Below are positions 61,563 to 64,000 of a stretch of DNA of 64,000 nt, one piece after another. A program made the position numbers and the translations under genes. Numbering within the stretch: the first letter of the stretch is position 1; every line of letters starts with the position of its first letter. Under the pieces are notes generated by a model. That model made no database searches. It was not told the origin of the DNA and saw only the letters and a list, made by a program, of their open reading frames with translations. Source of the stretch: Macrostomum lignano (lineage: Eukaryota). The stretch is from assembly GCA_002269645.1 (NCBI GenBank), contig NIVC01003816.1:1-64000 (forward strand), in the 5' to 3' direction.

Positions 61563-61820
61563 TCAGCTCTCCCCTTGCTGGCTCAGGATTTCCACAGCGG
61601 CGTTCAAATCTCCGTTGGTGACTTGCAGGGCCAGCAGGCTGGCCGTGTCATCCGTGAAGCCCATGTCCCTGAGCTGGGGAACCAAATGGGAGTAATCTGA
61701 ACCTTCATCGCCAAGACCTCCGCCGAGACCTCCGCCGAGACTTTTCATAAACTGCTCGAAAAGTTCAGGCATTTGGTCCAGCGGGTTGCCTCCCGACTGA
61801 CTCTGCCGCCGAATTGCCGC
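61563..61820 (-). CDS. UBL7: Terminal exon encoding a UBA domain, UBL7-like
   Basis: Acceptor ttctcag|GCG. The exon reads MPELFEQF..YSHLVPQLRDMGFTDDTASLLALQVTNGDLNAAVEIL*, with the UBA MGF loop and a UBL7-type QLRDMG..DD..SL.ALQ.T.GD..AA.E pattern. Upstream exons were not identified. Confidence 0.75.
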   Translation of the reverse strand, partial: AAIRRQSQSGGNPLDQMPELFEQFMKSLGGGLGGGLGDEGSDYSHLVPQLRDMGFTDDTASLLALQVTNGDLNAAVEILSQQGES

Positions 61821-62729
61821 CTGAGAATGTAGGAAAGGTTGCGGGTGGCACGTCATCAGAGACTTGAAGGATGGCGCGAAAATGAGGATATAATAGTTAT
61901 TCTTGATACCGTGCCTCGGGGGCAAGAGCTCTCCCCGACAGAGCGGCAATGCGTCCGAACCTCGCAAATTTACTATAAGGTTCAGCAATCAGCATGAACT
62001 CTGGCTTGGAGCTTTTGAGATTATTTACGCTCATGCGAACCGATCCTTGAAGCCATGCGCAGTTTAGAGCAGATGTTATACCCTGCATGAGTGTGTTCCT
62101 GAGTACATGTATATATCCATCAAGGACCACTAGATATACGAGTAGGAGGTAAAACTCAAGATTCTCAATTATTCATTTCTTAATCATTTTGCCACCTTGC
62201 AGAGGCACTTATCAACATCAACCGCATGAGTTGAAGGGAAAATTCACAAGAATGAAAGAGTTGAACAAAACTAACAAAAATTCTGAAGCTGAAGACACGA
62301 ATGCATTCGATGCAGTCACGCGATTCATGCTGACCTCAAGCAATTGTTTCTCCTGCCCCGATGCACTTCTTCATTCGAAACTTGTCTGGGTGCCTTCTTC
62401 AAACAATGCACTGGAGACACTCTTATCACAGATTGCATGGGATAGAATGGTAAGAGTCAGCGCCTTAGTTTGTGCTACAGACAGATGGCAGCGAACGTAT
62501 ATTGCGGCGGACAAGTTCTACTTTAAGTATTTTAATCGTGAAACGCACCAAATTATATAGGGTGCCTTCATTGTACAAGCATTTTTCTTGCACCTCCATA
62601 TTAGTGGGAAACTAAATTTCTGCTTCACTTAAAAGAAGACAAAATGTTGAACAATCTGATAAAAAAAGTAAACTTCTGTACTGATGCAACCGATCTGAAG
62701 ATACAGGCATTTAAATTATCGACATTCAA

Positions 62730-63315
62730 CTATTTTCCACGATTCGTGAGTGTCATGTCCTTCAAGTAGTCCTTGTTATCCATGTGTGCCCATAGGGTCA
62801 GCGTGTAACTATGGACATTCTTAATGTCTCCTCGATGTCGCTAAAAGTTGTGATAACCACAAAAGCCTCAAACCTGCTCCTGTTGACGCGGTTCCGGATT
62901 GGGCTGCTGACTTGTCGTTGCCAGAGCCAAGTTGTTGCCGAGGCCAGACTCTTGCAGCAGTGCAGGCAGCAGCTCCGGCGCCTCCTGCTGCAGCAGTTGT
63001 AAGTTTTCTTTGGCCTGCTTGTAAGCTTCCACGGCGCGCTGGTTTTTAAAATTCGACAGCTGCGAGTCGCTGCGGTCCGATACGCCTCCTGGCCGCTGCT
63101 GCTCCCCTACTGGCGTCCCATGCGTTGTGGGACTTCTGCACAGACGGGCCTCTTGTAGGCTGTGGGGGCGGCGGCGGTGGCGGCGGCGGCATACGCATTG
63201 ATTCCTGCATCATCCGCTGGTAGAATTTGATGTCCTGATGGATGTTAGCCACCTGGTTTGAGCTATTCAGCTGTTGCTGCTGCTTGCTCAGGAACTCCTG
63301 CAGTAGTTTGTTGCT
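62730..63315 (-). CDS. Unidentified protein-coding segments (Gln/Pro-rich, helical), with a frame break
   Basis: Acceptor ttcccag|AGC at 63315 opens SNKLLQEFLSKQQQQ... A second frame reads VSDRSDSQLSNFKNQRAVEAYKQAKENLQLLQQE.. to 62874. Then 62840-62730 reads RHRGDIKNVHSYTLTLWAHMDNKDYLKDMTLTNRGK*. Confidence 0.4.
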
Positions 63316-63584
63316 CTGGGAAGAAATTAAGGTAAGATAAGGTAAAAATGTACTTACCAATAAGTAAATCATTCACAAGTTGGCAATGCAAAAGTCTTAA
63401 TTTAAAAGCCATGATTTAAAGGTACTCCTAGACTACAGAGGCACAGTAGCTCTGCCGTAAACGTGTCCGATTCAAACGTTACGATCCCTGGTTTGATTCA
63501 CACCCATAAGGGCTAATACTGTACACAGGAACGTACGCAAGCATACACAGGTACTGTACTGTGTAAACGTACTGTACACAGGCG

Positions 63585-63948
63585 TATACAAGCGTCCCAA
63601 CACTGTAGACCGGCACGCACTCATACACCGCGCTCTCACAGGGTTGTACAGCGGTCCTGACTTTCTAATCGTCAGGCATGTACACTCTCCGTGCCTGGAG
63701 ATTTCGCGAACCTCATAGTTGTGAATCGTACGACAAACCTCGGCCAATTTTCATGCAAAAGCTCCAAATGAATGTGGCCGTGCACGAAACAAGGACCACT
63801 AGGAACACTTCGTTATAGAAGGACGTTACACTCTCTATTTGTGTAAAAATAGTTGAAAGCCGAAGTCTAGTAGTTCTTGGCACAGAATCGAACCAGGGGT
63901 CCTGGGCGCGAGTGTCAGACGCGGTTACCGCTGAGCTGCTCTGTCCCC
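63585..63948 (-). mobile_element. tRNA-derived SINE copy
   Basis: Head GGGGACAGAGCAGCTCAGCGG (A box)..CCCCTGGTTCGATTCT (B box). Core gtacagcggtcctgactttctaatcgtcaggcatgtacactctc. Confidence 0.8.
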
Positions 63949-64000
63949 AAACAACTACAAAGAGAATAAGCTAAATAAGCATTCGATAATCGGCAAACCT

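Overview
Animal genomic DNA with GC-rich exons, GT-AG introns and very dense minisatellites. The style best fits the free-living flatworm Macrostomum, which is an inference made without a database. Genes were rebuilt by hand from splice sites and reading phase. They are: the first coding exon of an acid ceramidase (-, 611-1045); an intronless ZNF395/ZNF704-family C-clamp gene with no zinc finger (+, 6015-6845); a full-length, very divergent GluN3-like NMDA receptor subunit (-, 10438-30619, ~1170 aa); a complete 9-exon SLC13/INDY transporter (-, 36053-44529, 604 aa); a 14-exon TMC channel (-, 48234-57695, ~770 aa); an orphan UBL7-like UBA exon (-, 61563-61820); and an unidentified coding stretch (-, 62730-63315). 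Mobile DNA comprises a decayed mariner with a foldback element inside its left TIR, an RTE-like LINE tail, several MITEs with identifiable TIRs/TSDs, and three copies of a tRNA-derived SINE. The most notable signals are: (1) the receptor keeps its gating machinery but has lost canonical agonist-binding residues and the conserved S2 disulfide; (2) nearly every long intron is inflated by its own private minisatellite, several seeded at the 5' splice site; (3) one minisatellite visibly arose from a single-copy SINE segment; (4) the mariner shows strongly directional C>T/G>A decay. Most long ORFs in the supplied track are repeat artefacts. No CRISPR, rRNA or bona fide tRNA gene was found.
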